NCBI GenBank assembly: GCA_965649825.1
Contig: OZ287708.1
Span: 734,880-759,371, forward strand
Length of the DNA stretch: 24,492 nucleotides
Direction: 5' to 3'
Source of the DNA: Penicillus capitatus
Lineage: Eukaryota > Plantae > Chlorophyta
A model generated the notes under the pieces. The model saw nothing but the letters and a program-made list of their open reading frames with translations, was not told the origin of the DNA and did not search any database. Below, piece after piece: positions 20,703-24,492 of this stretch. Within the stretch, counting starts at the first letter, position 1. Each line of letters begins with the position of its first letter. The position numbers and the translations under genes are program-made.

Positions 20703-21659
20703 GCAGCACCACACACGACTCTGGAGGTGCATGCTGCGGAGAGCGGACCGAACGGAAGTTTTCTAGCAACGGATCGGTCTGCGGCGCTTTGCCGTTGGTC
20801 GCCTTAGAGGGTCGCTGCGCAACGGCCTCGTTTTCTGTCCTGGCACCGCTCTGTCGCATGAGATGAAGACGATGACTTCCAAGCCGCCATCCAAACGACA
20901 GAGGAAAGACGGGCAGATATCCCGAGCGTTTGAAGCTCGTGCTTCGGGGAAGGCGACAGGATAGAAACGCAGCGAAAGTCTAGAGGTAGTGATCGCGAAG
21001 AAACCACGTTCCAGTCAGTCTATATTGCAGCACCGTCTCTCAAACTCGAGCTCGTCGCGCTTCAGCGGCGAATTAAGGCGCGGGGAAGTAGTGTCCCACC
21101 GAACTGGTTAGAAATCAGCCAGAGACGCAAGGTGGAGTCGCCGGATTCGTTTACCTGTGCAGTAGTGCCCTAGCGGTTCTGAGGTTCTGGTTGGCGGCGT
21201 ACTTGGGAGCGCAGCGGATCACACGACTGGCAGCGGGGTTTCATCGAACACTGTGTTAGAAGTCGAGATGTGTTGGACAATCGCTTGTGCGCGGGAAGAG
21301 TGCGAAACGTGGTATAACACCTCATTCGACCTCAGGATCGACATTTCTACAAGTGCCTGTCTGTTTTGTTACCTTTCTCTTTGGTCTTTGTCATGCTGTT
21401 ACAGACACAGATTTGTTCGATGCGAAGCCAGCGTGCGAATTGCCCTTACTCGTGTGGAAACGCCTGCTTCAGTCAGGCGTATCTGTGGTAGATCGCAAAG
21501 AGCATTTGCTGCCCGCCTCTTAACGTTGCGCATTCCGTTGCCCCAGTGCGTGGAACGCCGAGACTGGGCATTCACCTATCTGCTTTATTGCCGGTGGCGT
21601 GTCAACGCGTACACGCCTTACTAACTTTCCAGTCCGTTCTCTTTCCATTGCGGCTCAGC

Positions 21660-21960
21660 TCTGCGGAACGGATGCAGATGGGACACGAGCGGTCTCCTTG
21701 TGCCACACTTTACCTGTCGGCTCAGGCGCACTCGATGCGGGAGCGTTCGTCCCGCTCGTCGACGCACCTGCATTGTCTCAGACGCATGGTCTCATTCGGA
21801 CTGTTGGGGTCCAATCTGTCGCAGAAGGCGATCGAAGAGTTCAGGGATGTGGCAGAGATGAACATTGACCGCGGACTGCACGTTATAGTCGATGAAGAGG
21901 CAGGAGAGATGCAGATCTCTTTCACCATGTTTACGAATCGGATGTCGCAGAGAGCGCCAC
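21660..21960 (+). pseudogene. Possible decayed EF-hand (calmodulin/centrin/light-chain-like) remnant
   Basis: QLCGTDADGTRAVS in one frame and LGSNLSQKAIEE...DEEAGEMQISFTMFTNRMSQR in another resemble EF-hand loop and helix motifs. Weak match, by eye. Confidence 0.3.
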
Positions 21961-22991
21961 AGATGCTCTTGTCTCGTCCTCCGGCGACGAGGCGGCGGCG
22001 AACATGAAGCGTTCTTCTTCGTTGTAAGTGGACGACAGCAGCACTCAGGTCGTCTCTGGATGGTAGGCAGTGCTTGAAGAAGAGGGCTTCCTCCGTTCCC
22101 TCGACGGACGATCACCCACTCTCCGTTTGGTGCGACCCCTTTCGATTCGGTTCAGTTCTAAACCCTCTCGAGGAACACTGAATCTTCTGCGTCTATCGAT
22201 CTCAGTGTCGAAAGAATCTCGAAGCCGTTCTCTGTCACGCATCTCTCGATTTGGCAACACAAAAATGTGATGCTCGGTGCGAGGAAGTGTCACTTTCAAT
22301 CCACCATCCTCTCGAAAGTGAGGCTTATTTGCTGCGCGCAGACACATTTGCATGCATCGATGCGTCCAGTAGAGAGTCTCTATTGCAGTCTTCTCGACTG
22401 GAGTACATCTCGGATACTTCTTGGGCACTGGCTGTAACCAGAGCAATTCCACTGGCACGTGCAACCTGATCTCGTGTATAAAATTCAACTTGACGACGAC
22501 TCAGTGACGACGTTAAGGCGTGGAGCGGGCAGTGTCGAGTCCGGCAGATCCATCTCGCCGTAGTTCTTGCCCCTCGGTGTTTCCAATCCCCCGCGAACAG
22601 AGATCGCGTGAGGAGTGTGAGAGCATCGGTATGTGTAGATAGATAGATTCTTTCAAGCAAGATTCTCGCAGGACACCTTTTTGTCTCGCACCCTTTGATC
22701 TGGCGGCAGGGCTAACGGGATCAACAGCGAACGGGTTTGACGGAGGTCGTACAACTGGAAAAGGCCATTCATCGCTGCTTCCTTCACCCGAGATGTCTCG
22801 GGTCACTTCACACCTCTACTCCGTCTGCACGATCTACAGCGATATGAAGCAGACGAATGCTCTGCTGCACGAAGACCGTCGCGATCGATGAGTATGCATC
22901 TGCGAATACAGACAGCAGCGTCTTCGATGCGACCCTTACATGTGATGTCGCCAAACTGTGCCACGAGACGCGGGCACTATTAAATCGTCTT

Positions 22992-23339
22992 CTACTTTGG
23001 CCGAGGGCCCATGAAAAAGGGCCGGACGCAGAACAGCGACATAGCTCCGCAGAGGATAGCAAACACTCCAGCAGGAAACACATATCCGTTTCCTTGGTTG
23101 CGCGAAGCCATGAACACGGTCAGCGCAGTAGAGACCACCAGCAAGAGCAATGTTTCTTCCTCTCTTTCATTGCTTCCCGGCACGTAGCAGAGCAGACTGG
23201 TGTGCGCAGGAAGATTGTGCACGGCGCCAGAACCCACACTGCCTCCGAACGAGCCATTCCAGCCTTCAGACGCTAAACCGATGAATCCGCCTAACGCCAG
23301 CAGCACCGAATAGAGATACGTCAAACAGTATTCGTACAT
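22992..23339 (-). CDS. TMEM14/FAX-family small membrane protein, intronless, probably degenerate (115 aa)
   Basis: MYEYCLTYLYSVLLALGGFIGLASEGWNGSFGGSVGSG...STALTVFMASR...VFPAGVFAILCGAMSLF matches the plant/algal-type TMEM14 pattern (MHDFCFTIPYG.LL..GG.IG...KGS..SL.GG.G.G...MPAG). The ATG is at 23339, inside ORF 22992-23537. Polar and Pro residues in an expected TM helix (AVHNLPAHTS) suggest decay. Confidence 0.7.
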   Translation of the reverse strand: MYEYCLTYLYSVLLALGGFIGLASEGWNGSFGGSVGSGAVHNLPAHTSLLCYVPGSNEREEETLLLLVVSTALTVFMASRNQGNGYVFPAGVFAILCGAMSLFCVRPFFMGPRPK

Positions 23340-23599
23340 CCTTTGCTCCACTTGGACACCGAATGAACTCTGCCTCCGTTTGGAGACGCCGTAAACCGAC
23401 CGTCGAAGCTGTCGTCGGGCAACGAAGCCGGTACGCCTCGAACTCCTCATCAGTGGGCGTCGATCTGCTGCGAGATTCGCACCGAGGAGCTCGTTAGAGG
23501 CGTCCCGACAGATCTCTCGAGCAGAAACAGACCACACGATTTACAGAGGTCTCTCTTCGAGGAGTCATCGCGGTCCTATTGCCTTCGGAAGTCCTTAAC

Positions 23600-24492
23600 G
23601 CTCAACACTTACGTCGCCGTAAGCTCGCGCGCGTCTTGAGGCACCTTCCCTTCATTCACCGCTCTCTTCGCAATCGTTTCGCTGCACTGCGCTAAGGTGG
23701 CCTGCATTCCTGTCGCGCACGATGAAGCGGATTCGGAAACGTCCGTGTTCCAGAAGGACTTTGGCAGTTCCCGAGGAGCAGGATGCAAACACATTCAGCT
23801 CAGGAGACGAAATTCCCCGGATTTACGAGGAGGATCCTCTATGCATCGTCTTCGCGGATGTTGTTTGATTCTCACTTCTGGTCTCTGACGTGCTGACAAA
23901 GGGCGAAGGTCGCCTCGAGGACGCGCGCACTGCCGAGATCTCCTTCCCACGGCGGCGACTTCGGCGTTCGGACAGGCGTCTCCACTTGACGAGCGGTCAG
24001 ATGCCATTCCGACGATCTACTCGAAATCGAACGAGTGACACGCGGAGACGCATAGATCTCAACATCGCTGTCAGAGAAGATGAAAGGCGAGCGAATGATC
24101 AGGCCTCGTCAAGGATCGTCCAAACACGAGCAACGCGGACTGTGGCGAGACGAATCGCCCAGATCAGAGAACCACGTTTGAACGTGGGGCAGCAGAGATG
24201 ACGCTCGATGCATCGAATGTCGCAACAGCAGTCGGTTAACGCCATCTGAGCTGTCGAACACGCGTTCCTGGATGCTTGGCGTCCGACGGCGTCGCACGAC
24301 TGTGACCTCTCCACGGTTCGCGCTCTTCTTGTATCTGTTTGGCTTTCGTCGAAGTCTTCCGTGTTCCTCCGTTGGCATTCGCTTGCACTGCGAAGTCGGT
24401 AGGGCGATGAAACAAAAACGGCGCGTTTGTCATTCCAATGCGCGCATCACGTTCTTAGTGTTTGTCCCGAACAGCTGCACGGATTGTAATGC
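23600..24492 (-). pseudogene. NEK/NIMA-family kinase-like pseudogene, running off the window end
   Basis: One frame from 24492 gives ALQSVQLF (cf. NEK6/7 ALKKVQIF), RYKKS, VQTWFSDL (cf. NEK ILDWFVQ) and GDLGSARVLEATFAL at 23943-23899 (cf. GDFGIARVL.ST..LA), with two internal stops. The HRD motif is not recognisable. Confidence 0.5.

Noticed and set aside
22045-22806. Additional EF-hand-like words on the minus strand (RLRDSFDTEIDR; LFQLYDLRQT)
   Set aside because: Too short and degenerate to support by eye.
1-24492. rRNA, tRNA or telomeric repeats
   Set aside because: No recognisable conserved rRNA segments, cloverleaf with T-loop consensus, or TTAGGG-type tandem runs were seen.

Overview
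GC-rich eukaryotic DNA with short spliceosomal introns; the organism cannot be named from the sequence. The window holds two diverged direct copies (~600-7200 and ~12540-18730) of a roughly 6-6.6 kb module. On the + strand each copy reads: a conserved A/T-richer leader-like block; a ~3-3.5 kb mosaic array of 30-45 bp units in which a GCCGCCTCGC-N7-GCGAGGCGGC hairpin unit alternates with a small recurring set of variant units; a ~0.7-1 kb degenerate related array; an intact three-exon minus-strand orphan gene (320 and 315 aa) that the ORF track misses because it is spliced; a TATA promoter; and a conserved ~430 bp upstream block. The two gene copies differ mostly at synonymous sites. The DNA between and after the modules is largely decayed gene relics: an Aurora-like kinase, a NEK-like kinase, a TMEM14/FAX-like gene, and weaker ankyrin and EF-hand remnants. 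No transposase, reverse transcriptase, Cas gene, rRNA or tRNA was recognised. All family calls are by-eye motif recognition, not database searches.
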